From contig CM052816.1 of NCBI GenBank assembly GCA_028534125.1, positions 35,218,001 through 35,282,000 of the forward strand: a stretch of DNA of 64,000 nt, given 5' to 3'. A program made the position numbers and the translations under genes. Shown here one piece after another: positions 39,100 through 51,800 of the stretch. Under the pieces are notes generated by a model. It was not told where the DNA came from, made no database searches, and saw only the letters and a program-made list of their open reading frames with translations. Positions within the stretch are counted from its first letter, which is position 1. The number at the start of each line of letters is the position of its first letter. The stretch is from Lama glama. Taxonomy: Eukaryota.

Positions 39100-41500
39100 C
39101 AGCCTACCTAACCTCTTTTCTGAATAGTAAGGGTATGTATTTAGCCGCTCCTAGGTTGTAACAATGAGTAAACTGCCCTTGCTCCTAGCTAAGACCAATC
39201 CATTCCCTCGGGTAGCAGACCTATTCTCTAGTCCTATCCAAGGACATTGCTCCAGCAATTCTCCCTTCATTCTGTTGCCTCATGACTTTTCCTTTTTTAA
39301 GGGAGTATTTATGGTCAGCAAGCAAGCTGAAACAGCTCCTAAATTTAAAAAAAGAAAGAAAGAAAAAGAAAAAGAAAAAGTCCTCCCTTGACTCTACTTC
39401 TTTTAGTTGTTTCTCTTTATCTTCACTGCAAAAGCCCTAAAAAGATTTGTCTATACTAGTTATTTACAGTTTTTTCCTTCTCATTCTTTCTTAAACCCAT
39501 CCCATTTAGATTGTTCCCCCATTGCTCCACTGAAACTATTCTTGTCAAAGTCACCAAAAACGTGCTTTTCGCTAAATACAAATCCAGTCCTCATCTTTTT
39601 CTTAGCAGTACTCAACTCTTAATCATTACATGATCACTTTTTCTTTTTGAAATCATTTCACCCCATCTGGCTTCCAGAGTGATACTTTCTTTTGGTTTTC
39701 CTTTTATTTTACTCTTCTTTACAATTTCTTTCTCATTTCCCTGACTTCTTAATATTGGGCTCAGTCTTAGGGCTGTTCTCTTTTCTATCTTAATTAAAAC
39801 CCTGGGCAATGCCATCAAATCTCATGGCTTTAAATACCAACTAACAATCAAATTTATAAATCAAACTCGGAATTCTCCCTGGAACTCAAAACTTAGAGAT
39901 TCTAGAGCAAACTTGGTATCTCCATGTAGATGTCAAATAAGAATCCCAAAACCAAACTCTTGATTTTCACCTTCAAATATGCTCCTCCTATATTTTTCTC
40001 CGTCTCAGTAACAACAGTGTCATCCTTCCTGTTGATCAGGCCAAAAATCTTGGAATTATTTTTGGCTTCTTTCTCTCCCACACTACATTCAATTCATCAG
40101 CAACTCCTTTAGGCTCTATTTTCAATATATACTGGATCCTCAATATCCATGGATTCCATATTTCCAAGTTTGCCTAATGCCTAAAACTCGATACACACAG
40201 TGCCTTCCAGATCAATCACGGACGTGTATACATGCAGAGCAGCAAAGGAGTCACTTGATACATCCATTCTCAACTGAGGTTGAAAGGCTATGCTCTGCCT
40301 TTTTGTTTCAGCAATTGTAGTGTAAACTGTCCTTTTTGCAATCTATTCAGTTTTATATTTTTTGCATTTTTGTGCCTTTTCTAATGATTCTGCTGCTTAA
40401 AACGGCCCCCAAGCATAATGCTGAAGTGCAGTTTAGTATTCTTAAACTAAAGAAGGTTCTGATGTGCCTCACAGAGTAAACATGTGTTAGAAAGCTTTGT
40501 TTACTCATGAGTAATAGCACTGCTAGCTGTGAGTTCAATGTTAATAAGTCAACAGTGTGTTTTAAAGAAGGTGTCTTTTAGCAGAAATACACATTACAAA
40601 AAAATGATGTACTGATCAAGTGTCAAAAATGTTGTGACCATGCTTAAAGGGCTCTAACCCCTTATGTTATGTCCACCCAGGGCAATGATTCAGTAAACAG
40701 GTAATGCTAATTTAGTAATCATGGTGATTTTATATAACATAACTGCCATAAATAACAAGAATTGATTATATGTATATCCAGAATGTGACTACTTCTCATC
40801 ACCTCTGCTGCTACCACCCAGGAAGAAGTCAGCCTGAGCCCTTGCCTGGATTACTCCAATAGCCTGGAAGTAATCTCCTTACTTCCATCCTTCCCCCACC
40901 CCTCAGTCTATTCTCAACAAAGCTGCAAGAATTATCCTGTCAAAATGTAAGTTCACGTCATTCCTCTGCTCAAAACCCTCCAATGGGCTTCCCATCTTAC
41001 TCAGAGTAAAAGCCAAAGTCTTAAAACAACTAGCAAGATCCTGCATAATCCACCATCATGCTTCCTCTCTGATCTCATCTCACACCTCCACACCTTTCCT
41101 TTACCAGTCCCTCAGGTCCAGCGCACAGGTGCCCATACTGCTCTTCAGATATGCCCAGCATGATCCCATCTCAATGACTTTGCTTTGGCTTTTCCCTCTT
41201 CCTGGAGCACTCTTTGTCCCAGATAATCACATGCTTCACTCCCTCACTCCTCTCACCCTTCATTTAAATGTGTCTTTCTTCATGATACCTGACCTGATCC
41301 TCCTCCCAACATCCTATCTACCTACTGTGTTTTCTCCATCATACCTACCACCATCTAACATACTATATATGCATTACTCATTTATTTACTACTCAGCTAT
41401 CTTCTGCTCTAAAACATAAGCTCAAAGAGGCAGGGATTTCCGTGTGTTTTCTTATTTACAGTACCATTAATGCAAATAACAGTGCCGGGCACATAACGAG
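39100..41500 (+). mobile_element. L2 LINE (ORF2 end and 3' end), split by a Tigger-type element
   Basis: ccactgaaactattcttgtcaaagtcacca...catggctttaaatacca...cctctgctcaaaaccctccaatgg...cagagtaaaagccaaagtc...acagtgccgggcacata. Confidence 0.85.
40128..40770. mobile_element. MER82-like TcMar-Tigger DNA transposon nested in L2
   Basis: About 640 bp inserted at a TA within the L2 motif ttcaa-TATA-tccagaat. Internal aaaacggcccccaagcataatgctgaagtgc...tgtgagttcaatgttaat and a terminal cataactgccataaataacaagaattga. Confidence 0.7.
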
Positions 41501-43259
41501 AAAATGCATAAATTGATATAGTTCTTTTTTTAATTTAAACTTAAATAATTTTTAAAAAATTAAAAGTTATAGAAACATTACAATTTTACCTTCTGTATAT
41601 GTTTATATCATCTTTCTAGTAATCAAGTCCAAAACTAATATTGTTAAGGAGCTCACCTATAAAATATAGAGGAAAATCAGCAAAAGTATATAACTTCTCT
41701 TAATCTCTTTATATATTAAACTTGGTCTCTTTTACTTAATAAAACTAAGCAAATAGGGACAAATCAAATTATTGTGCTTTCATTTTATTTTTATGAAGTT
41801 TCTGCAGAATACAAATGAATCATGTAGCATATTCCATCCCACATAATATTTCAGCATCTAATGAGAACATTAGAATTGTCACTCCAATTTCTGTGGCTTT
41901 AGCACAATGCAAATTAGATTAATAACTGAGTGCCATTACTCTTTATGACCCTGTGAAGACCCTATTATATTAAGTTCCATGCAGTGAGAAGCATTCATGC
42001 CATAAGTTACCTGCTGATATATCATGTATTAAAACGTAGGTCTGAAAAAAGAAATAGAAAACCTCCAGCTTTCAGGTCATTTCAACAGAACTGACAATCA
42101 ACAAACACACCCTGAGCTCTGGTTTGGTCTTTAGTAAGTCATGTAACCAAAAATGTACTTCTTCCATATGTTGAACTGAGAGGTAAATTTAAATTTCAGA
42201 GTATTTTTCTAGAGGACCTCCATATATGATCTGATTTTTTTAAATCTCCAAGATACAAAGATTATCAAGTAAGAAAGTCAGATGCCACTCTTAGTGGACT
42301 CAGAATGAAGAAATCAACTAAAATAGCCTTTTCAAAGTTTTATTAATTTTTTTTAAAATTTGGATTTATTTAAACATAAATTTAACCATCTGTCTCAAGT
42401 CTGGACTCATTTCAAACTGGTTTTCATAATTAAAGTACTCTAAAGAGACAACTCAATGGATCTAATCAATTTTAATTGGCTATAAAATATCACAGAACTA
42501 TTCATAATGCGTGAAGAGGCAATTTAAGAAAATCTACTTCCCAATTACAGAAAAATTTACTTCTGAATGAGACTTCCAACTAATTTCCCACAGTTCTAGC
42601 AGTAGACTCTTACTCCGTCTGCCTAAAGGGTAAGTGAAGGCTTGTAAATAATCAAGGATTTTACCAATTCTTTAGCATTCTTTTACATGTGTCATAGAGA
42701 AAGAAGAATTTGAAAGAGAGTCTGTTTCCCCTCTCTTGTTATAAAAGTGGGTGAAGAGCGCACCTTTCAAATTTCTTTAGACCAACTGGCATGGGCATGT
42801 ATGCTATGGAATAGCTCACCTTGTCTTGTTTTTTTTTTTCCCTGAATATGATGATAAAGCAGAAGCATTCAGACTTCTACCCATGTAAGAGAAGTCCCAC
42901 AAATCCTTTTGTTTGTATTTTGAGGCTTAGTGAAGGTAAACCTGTAGTATGGGTCTAGCCATCAGAATACATAACTATGAAATCGTTATTCTGAAATCTG
43001 ATATTTCAGTGTATCTTCAAGTCAACTATAAAACTTCAAAGCAAAATCATATTTAAATTTGCTTAATTCAATACTATATGGTTCAATACGATATTGCTTA
43101 TATTTTACAAAATTAGCACACATTTATTCTTAAAAAATACTTTTTAACTTGGTAAAAAATACTATACAGCATATGAACAAGGACCTGCATGTAGGCATAC
43201 AGATAAAGATGCTTATATTTTCTACAACATAAACAAGCGGGGATTGTAGTGAGGAAAAA

Positions 43260-46200
43260 AAAAATCTGAGAATGAATAAACTCATACAACTTTCAGAACA
43301 AATGAAGAAGGAAGATAAAGTCCACCAAGACTCTAAAATTTAGGTTAAAATGTTAAGTAGATACATGGAAGATTTAAGAAAAGACCCAAACTGTAATTAT
43401 TCAGGCAAAATCTACAAGGCCTGAGATGAAAAATACACTGCATGGGATTAAAGGCAGATTAGATGCTGCAAAAGATAAGATTGGTAGAAGTGTAGACATA
43501 ACCACAGATCCTAACCAAAATGAAACAGAAAGCAAAACTAGACAAGGGGGAAAAAATGAACAGAGCATCAGTAGGCCATGAGACAACCACAAGCAGCCTA
43601 ATACACATGTAACTGGAGTCTCCAGAGGAGAGCAGAAATAGAGGGGGAGACAGAAAATATATGTGAAGAAATAATGGCTGAAAGGTTTCCAAGTCTGATG
43701 AAAACTATAAATTCTCAGATATAAAGAGCTCAAAAAACCACAAACACAAGGGAAAAAGAATGTGCAGCAAGATGCATCAAAATAAAATTGTTCAAAATCA
43801 ATAATAAAAAGGAAATCCTGAAAGCTGCCAAAGGAACATAAAACATGCAGAGCAACGAGAAGATAAAGCAGATTTCTTCTTGACATGACACTAAGCTGAC
43901 ATCTTTAAAGATAACAGAAAAAAACTGGCCAAACAGAATCCTATACCCAACAAAAATATATTTCAAAAACAAAGGTAAAATAAAAATTTTTCAGACATAC
44001 AAAAGCTGAATTTACTACCTGCAGATTTACATTACAATAAATATCAAAGTAAGTCATTTAGGCAAAAGTAAAATGATACTAGATGGAATAAAGAATACTA
44101 GAAAAGAAAACTAGATGGATAAATATGTGAGATGCTTTATTATTATTTTAAAGAGAATTGACTAAACAAAAACAAAAATGTTAACAATATAGTGTAAAGT
44201 TCAAAACATATACAAAGGTAAAATATATCAAACAATAGCACAAATACAGGAAGATTGTTCTATTGTAAGGATCTCATAGTATACACAAGGTGATAAAATA
44301 TAACTTGAAGGTATACTATAGAAAATAAAGGTAAAATTAAAAAATGAAAAGTTATTACTAATAAGACAGCAAAGAAGATAATGAGAATTTTAAGAAATGT
44401 TTTCAATTAATCCAAAGGCAGAAAAAAGGAAATGTAGAACAAAGAGCAGATGGAACAAAGAGGAAAAAAACTGTAAGATGACAGCTTTAAACCTAACATT
44501 ATCAAAAATCACAATTAAAATGCAGAGATTATCAAGATAAAAAAAAGCAAAACTTAATTATATGCTGCTTACAAGAAATAGACTTCAAGAATAAAGTCTG
44601 AAGCATGTTAAACTAAAAGAATGAAAACAAGAGACACCATGTAAAACTAATCAAAGTATCTCATGTTAAAATCAGATAGAATAGATAACACAGCAAAGAA
44701 GAATACCAGGGATAACAAAGGTCACTTTATATAACAAAAGGGTCAAAGCGTCAAGAATACAATCATGATGGCTTTTACACTCAATAACAGAGTTTCAAAA
44801 TACATTAAGCAAAACTGACAGAACTATGAAAAGAAATAGACAAATCTACAATTACAGTGGGGAATTTCAATTGCCCTCTCTTAATAATTGACAAAACAAG
44901 TAGACAGAAAATCAGTAAGAAGATAAAAATTTTTAATAACATTAGTAACCAACTGGATCAAGCTAGCAATACAGACCACTACAACCAACAATAGCAGAAT
45001 ACATATTCTTACCAAGCGCACATGAAGCATTTACCGTGAGAAACCATACTATGAGCCATATAACATGCATATATAAATTTAAAAGGAATAAAGTCATATA
45101 AAGAACATTCTCAGACCAAATGAAATTAAATTATAAATCAAAAATAGAAAAAAATTTAATGCCAAAACATTAGGAAACTAAGTACACTTCTAAATAATCT
45201 ATGGATCAAAGGAAAAAACCTAAGAGGAAATTATAAAGTATTTTGAATTGAAGGAAAATGAAGACGTAAAACATTACAAATTTATGGAATGTTGCTAAAA
45301 CAGTACTTAGGGAAATTCACAGCACTAAATGCCTATATTAGAAAAGAAGATAGTTCTCAAATCAATGACCTGAGCATCCACATTAAAAAAAAAAATAGAA
45401 AAGTTGATGCAAACTAAGCCTAAACCAAGCAGAAAGAAGGAAAAACTAAAGATTAGGGCTTAAGTCGACTAAATAGAAAGCAGAAAAATATTTTTTAAAA
45501 AAGCCTAAAGCTGATCTTTGAGGTTAATAAAATCATTATACCTCCAGCCAGAATGATTAGGAAAAAGAGACGACATAAAGGACCAATATCAAGAATGAAG
45601 AGGAAATTATCACCACAGATTCTACAAATATAAAAAGGTGAATAAGGGAATATTCTGAAAAACTTAGTATCAATAAATTAAACAGTTTAAATGAAATGCA
45701 CAATTTCTTGAAAGATACAACCTACTAAAACTCAAACAAAAACAGATAAACTGAATAGCCCTATATAAACTAAAGAAATTTAATTTATAGTTTAAAAACC
45801 TCAGAAAAAAGAAAAAATACAACAAGCAGACCTAGATGATTTCACAAGTGAATCCTACCAATATTTAAGAAATACTAGTAATTGAACACAAATATTTCTA
45901 CAAAATTGAAGAGATGGTAATCATGAAGAGGACAGTATTATCCTTATACAAAAATGAGACAAAGATGAAAGAAACAGAGACAAAGATAAATATGTATAAA
46001 CAAAAACTTAGCCAACCACATTGAACAACGTAAAAAATAATAATACATCAAAACCAAGAAGAATTTATCCCAAGAATGTGAAGTTGGTACAATATTTGAA
46101 ACATGTGAAAATCAATCAAAAAAATTACCATATCAAGCTAAAAAAAGAAAAAATACTCATTTCAATAGATACAGAAAAAGCATTTGACAAAACCCAACAT

Positions 46201-46480
46201 CCATTCTTAGTTTAAGCAGGAATAAAAAGGAACTTCTTCAACCTGATAGTAAGAAAAGTCTTTGAAAAACTATAGTTGTCTTCACACTAATGATGAAAGC
46301 CTTTCCCCCTCAGATCAGGAACAAAGCAAACATGCTTGCTTTGTACTTCTATTCACTACTGTACTAGAGGTTCTACCTAGGGCAATTAAGCAAGAAAAAA
46401 AAAAAAGAAAAGAAAAGAAAAGACATACAGATTGAAAAGGAAAAGTAAAACTGTCTTTGTTCATAGATGATACGATCCTG
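43260..46480 (+). mobile_element. Old L1M: degenerate ORF1 and ORF2 (endonuclease to RT)
   Basis: ORF1-like aagacccaaactg...gaaaaatacactgcatgggatta. ORF2-like atgctgcttacaaga, gggaatttcaa, gatacagaaaaagcatttgacaaaacccaacatccattc (ORF 46021: LISIDTEKAFDKTQHPFL). Many stops. Confidence 0.85.
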
Positions 46481-47470
46481 CAGTTCTTTGGTAAAGTCAT
46501 TTACTCTTCATAAAGATGATGTGATGGCAAATTTTTCCAACATTTACCACCATTATGTCAAAACTTCAGTTTGGATACAAGCTTTATAGAGTCACAAAAT
46601 TGTTTTATGGCAAACCTAGCCATATGAGTAACCAACTTAAAGTATTCAGAACTTAATGTGCAATAGGAAAGTAAAACCTGAGTATTTTGCATTCAAAAAC
46701 TTGTTATTACATGCTATCAGGAAACTCTCTAAATTATTAACTTGAGCTTAAAAGGCTAAAATTATTTTGGTTGTTCTCAGTATACATGTTATAAATAACA
46801 ATCAACAGACTAATGTTCAAATTAGTCCAAGTCAAATTAAGACAAATAGTTATTCTCTGAGCACTGCATAGAGCAAAATGAGTTTGAAATTTAAGGTATA
46901 TTACCAAAAATATTGACCAAAATGATGCTATATTCATATTACAACTGAACATTATGTTTTACATTAGACTGAACATAAGTCAGTGTTCCTTTGGGTGTAA
47001 GTTCTAACATTCAAAAGTTAAAGCATTTTGTATAATCTATGCAGCAGGGGAGAGGAGTTTGGAACTTCAGTATTAGCCCAGGCTTCTTACTGATCTACTG
47101 CTACTGCTGAACCTCCAGTTGCAGTAACTGAGTCCTTGACTCCAAACCAAATCAAACCCTGAATGTAATCCTTACCTACTATAGGAACTATTACCAGATC
47201 CTATCTCTCCCAATGCCTTGTCTTCTCAAACTGGATGCTATATACCAGATTGGGGCTTTAAATAGCTTTATCAAAACCTCCTAATGTCTAAATTAATAAC
47301 TCTGAGTGTCAGAGCCACAGCTTCGGTATCCAGTGCCAGTGCCCCAGCAGTTCCTAGGGCCCATTCCAGAAATGGCCTGATCTGGCCTCTCCAGATGAAC
47401 TAAGGTTCTGACATAGAGCCTGTAAATTTTGGAAGAATCTGCCATCATATCAGCCTTATAAAGAGTAAAT

Positions 47471-47622
47471 GGGGCAGGAGGGTATAGCTCAAGTGGTAGA
47501 GTACATGCTTAGCATACACTAGGTCCTAGGTTCAATCTCCAGTACCTCGTCTAAAAGTAAATAAATAAGTAAACCTAATTACCTCCCCCCCAAATAATAA
47601 GAACAAAATCTTTTTAATTAAA
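47471..47622 (+). mobile_element. tRNA-derived SINE (resembles the camelid vic-1 family)
   Basis: Pol III A box TAGCTCAAGTGG (47485-47496), B box GGTTCAATCTCC (47529-47540), body aaacctaattacctcccc, A-rich tail, TSD AAAGAGTAAAT at 47460-47470 and 47623-47633. Confidence 0.88.
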
Positions 47623-49686
47623 AAAGAGTAAATAATTTTACAAACACAAATAAGACCCTATTTCTATGTTAAACATAGAAGCAGTCTGAAAATAGACACA
47701 AAGTTTTCAAAAATATAATTTTATACTTTTTCAAGTAAACATGTAAACACGAGTATATAGATAGTACTTTTGATTATAAAAGGGAACTTTCTGTATGTCT
47801 CATGCATTTACCTTGTTACATAAAACTTACTTTAAGTATATACTCTATACATTATAAACTGACTTAATAGGATAATCAAATTCTTGAAAATAGGAAAATA
47901 CTATCACTAATAACTTTGGAAAGAGTAATGTAAATGAACTCACATATTTTAAGTTCAGGAGACTCAGTCAAATGATATACTTCTGAAGATCAATTAAAAC
48001 TATGGTATTCAGATTTTCTAGTGCCTTCCTACTATTAATACAACACTAAGTCGTGTTTCGTCTATATCAAAAGTAATAAAGAAAAATTATTACCTGTGAA
48101 TAATCTCTGACAATATAAATATTAGGTAAAAGAACTATTTAAAACTTTATTATGATACCAGATTTAGATTTCTTTTTTTTAAACAAAAGTAAGCTATACC
48201 ATTAAAAACAGGTACTAAAGACTTGGGAGCAATTATATATTCCTTTTTCTAACTACTCATTCTCCAACAGATATAGAGTTAGTGTGAAATACTAGGCATA
48301 GATGGATTACAATATAGTTGGATTAAGTCGTCACTTGCTCTGGGTAAATTTAAATATGGATATTTATAACATAGGGAACTAATTTGAGAATGCTAACCAA
48401 GTATTAGGTAATGAACTTTATAAAATGAACTACTTTGACAGATTGAGTAGTAATGCTCAGTGTACAAAACTATTTCTAAATTACTCTTGATGGTTTGCAA
48501 GAAATCCGTTGCCTAAAAGCTAAATTTTGGAAAAGGGAAAGACTTGGATTTCCCGTTAGGATAGTAACCAGAAATGGGTAAGCTCCTTGAATGCCTAGGA
48601 AATACTGTTTGAATCTCAATAATTTAAGGATAGTAAGTTCTCAGTAAATATTTCTTGATTATATAAAGCATTCTTTAAAATAACAAAGGAATAAAAATTA
48701 GGTACATGAAGTCTGAAAATCTATGAAACAACATTGGAACTAACATCCAAGACCATCTGACTGTAAAGTCTATGAACTTTCCACTATTCCTTTTTTATCT
48801 TTTCTTCACTTAAATAACTTACATAATTGAATTACAAAAACATTTTAAAAGCTGTGTTTGCATTAAAAAGACATCATAATCTCAAAATATAGGTTGAGGT
48901 ACCAAGAAAATAAGTAAAAATTAACTGAACAAACATCAATTCATCTTCCCTAAAACAGCAACAGAAACACTGCAAGAAGCAGAAACATGACGTGAATGTG
49001 GGAGGGGTGGAGACAAGGAGAAAGGAAGACACAAAGGGAGTAAATGTTGAAGGGAATATTAGAAGGGAGAGCAAGAGAGAGAAGGAAGGAGAGGAAGGAA
49101 GCAAGGAGGAGTGAGAGGATGAGGGGAAGGGAGACAGAAAGGGAGGAAGTAAGGATGGAGGGGGAATGTTCATCTAAATCAGTACCTCTCCTAGTTTACT
49201 GGGAATAACAACAAAAACACAGTATTTTCATTGTGCAAGGTATATCCAAATGCAGGAGCTGTTTATTTCATTAACCTCAACAAAATAACAACATAGCATA
49301 CAAGTAAAAGACAAAGAGAAAATACATTAATAAAAGAGAAACGGAAGTTGAAGAATTTTTTTAAAGCATTGCAAATAAATCTTATATTTAACCAGGATGA
49401 ACAGAAAAAAATTTTTAATTTAAAAATCTAAATATGAAGATTAGTCACAACTAAAGACTATAACCATAAATCTCTGGTTATAACAGTGTTTCTCTTCCCA
49501 TTTACTATCAAAGCTAATTATGAAAATTTTAGGACAATATAGACTTATTAATTAGTCTATTTTGTCTTATTTTAATATTTTTAAATCTGAATTGGTCTAA
49601 GAATCATTCCACCACTTACAAAGGTAACTTTCAAATGATAAGAATAAAAAATCACTAAAATAAACATTTTTCATAAGTTGCCATAC

Positions 49687-49786
49687 CTTTAGCTACAGCT
49701 TCTTTATATTTCTCTTTGGCAGAATTCATTTCTTTTATTAATTGTCTATAGCTGGTTTTTAATTTCTCTAATTCTGTCTTTGTAAC
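49687..49786 (-). CDS. FER: FER coding exon (100 nt, phase 0-1): [33 protein letters not shown](G)
   Basis: Lies in ORF 49655..49861. Polypyrimidine tract then gacAG|GTT; donor AAAG|GTatgg. Confidence 0.96.
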
Positions 49787-50159
49787 CTGTCCAAAAAAAG
49801 AAAAACAAAAAAAGGTTTTTAATGCCTTTAAATTTTCATCAGTCAAGAACTTAACTTCCAAAGCATTGACTAATACATATTTTACTGCTTATAGGTCAGA
49901 GTTGCTCTTCAACATACAATTTACAAACAATAATTAAAATTAGCTTAGAAATTGGTGATAAATTCAACAGCATATGAAAAAGGGAAAAACACTTCTTAAA
50001 AAGAAGAGCAAGTCAAGAAATAGTGCCATCATTTTCTAAAATTTAAAGACCAATAATTAATTGCTGCATACAGAAATATTTTCTCTGAAATATGCTAATT
50101 TTAAAATAAAATTAAAATACTTAATTATACAGAATAACTCTTGAGTTGTCACAATTCAC

Positions 50160-50570
50160 CAGCTCTAACATAATTTTTTTTTTTTACATTGTAACATCTG
50201 TGAAAAGAAGATGCATCTAATGATCATTGCTGACCCGGCAGCAATCATGAGAGTGGTCACTGCATGCACGTATGAGCTTAGTTATTATCTACAGAAAGGC
50301 TAGACAAACCCAAGTCCTTGACTCTTGTCAAAAAGCCATAAATAGCATTTGAGGAAAAAATCAGAGTCCGAGATATCCGAAAAACTTCTAATAAGCCTTC
50401 TAAGAAAAGTTAGAAATGAGCAGCATTAAAAACTTGCTAAAGGGGCATAAGTAATTTGGAAAATGCCAGAATCCACTTTAAACAAATTCTGCATCACCAA
50501 TGTTCTTGACACATGAAGGATGGCACTGTGTAAATAAACAAAAATATCAACAACTATGATTTAGATATAA
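50160..50570 (+). mobile_element. Possible TcMar-Tc2 (Kanga/MER104-like) transposon relic
   Basis: ccttgactcttgtcaaaaagccataaatagcatttgaggaaaaaatcagagtcc resembles degenerate Tc2 transposase DNA; tgcatcaccaatgttcttga. Confidence 0.4.
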
Positions 50571-51769
50571 ATGAATTTAAATGATTCCCTTTTAAAAGAA
50601 ACTTCACTGGTTAACGTTTTGTTTTTAATGGACTTTACATTTTAGAGCAGTTTTAGTATCACAGCAAAATTGATCACAAAGTACAGAGATTTCCCATTTA
50701 TCTTTTATCCCTATACATGCACAGCCTCCTCCACTATTAACATTCCCCTACAACAGTGGTACATTTGTTACAACTAATAAAACTGCAACACATCACTGCC
50801 ACACGAGTACATAATTTGTATTAAGTTCCACTCTTGGTGTTGTACATTTTATGGGTTTGAACAAACATATAATGACATGTATCCATCATTATAGTAGCAC
50901 ACAGTCATTTTTCACTGTCAAAAAATCCTCTCTACTCCACCTATTCGTTCTTCTCTCCCCACTAAACCCTGAGAACAAATAATCTTTTTACTGTCTCCAT
51001 AGTTGTGACTTTTCTGGAGTATCATATAATTAGAATCATACAGATTTTTCAGGGTGTCATCTTTCACTTAGTAATACGCATTTAAAGTTCCTCCATGTCT
51101 TTCCGTGGCTTGGTAGCTCATTTCCTTTGAAAGCTGAATAATATTCCTTTGTCTGGATGCACCACACGGTTTATTTATCCATTCATTTAATAAAGGACCT
51201 TTTGGTTGCTTCCAAGTTTTCACAATTATGAAGAAAGCTGCTATAAACAACTGTGTGGGCTTCAGTGTGGACATATGTTTTCAGCTCCTTTGGGAAAATA
51301 CCAAGGAGCTCAATTGCAGGGTCCTATGGTCAGAGTATTTTTAGTTTTGTAAGAAACAGTGAAACTGTCTTCCAAAGTGGTTGGATTATTTTGCATTCCC
51401 ATCAGCAACGAGTAAGTGTTTTCTGTTGCTCCACATCCTCACCAGCTTTAGTGTTGGCTTTCTGGATTTGGAGCATTCTAACAGATGTGTAGTGTATCTC
51501 ACTGTTGCTTTGATTTGCATTTCTGATGATAAAAGAAGCAACTTTTCATGCGCTTATTTGCCATCTGTGTGTCTTTGGTGAGATGTCTGTTTTTCAATCA
51601 GGTTGTTTGTTTTCTTAATGGACTTTTAAGAGTTCTTTGTATATTTTAGGTAACAGTCCTTTATCAGATGTGTCTTTGCAATTATCTTCTGCCAGTCTAT
51701 GGCTTATCTTCTCATTCTTTTGACACTGAATTATGTAGAAGTTTGGTGGTTTTTTTTTTTTTGGAGGGG

Positions 51770-51772
<3 letters not shown>

Positions 51773-51800
<28 letters not shown>
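51773..51800. repeat. (GT)n microsatellite
   Basis: Seen directly. Confidence 0.95.

Noticed and set aside
43401..43886. Longest ORF in the track (161 aa) as a novel nested gene
   Set aside because: It is the antisense reading of degenerate L1 ORF1, which gives Leu/Phe/Ser-rich translations; there is no other support.
47471..47550. tRNA gene (also 54000-54075)
   Set aside because: A and B boxes are present, but they are followed by a shared non-tRNA body, an A-rich tail and TSDs, so these are SINEs.
48874..49173. 99-aa Pro/Ser/Leu-rich ORF
   Set aside because: It is the translation of a GA-rich low-complexity tract (about 49000-49170).
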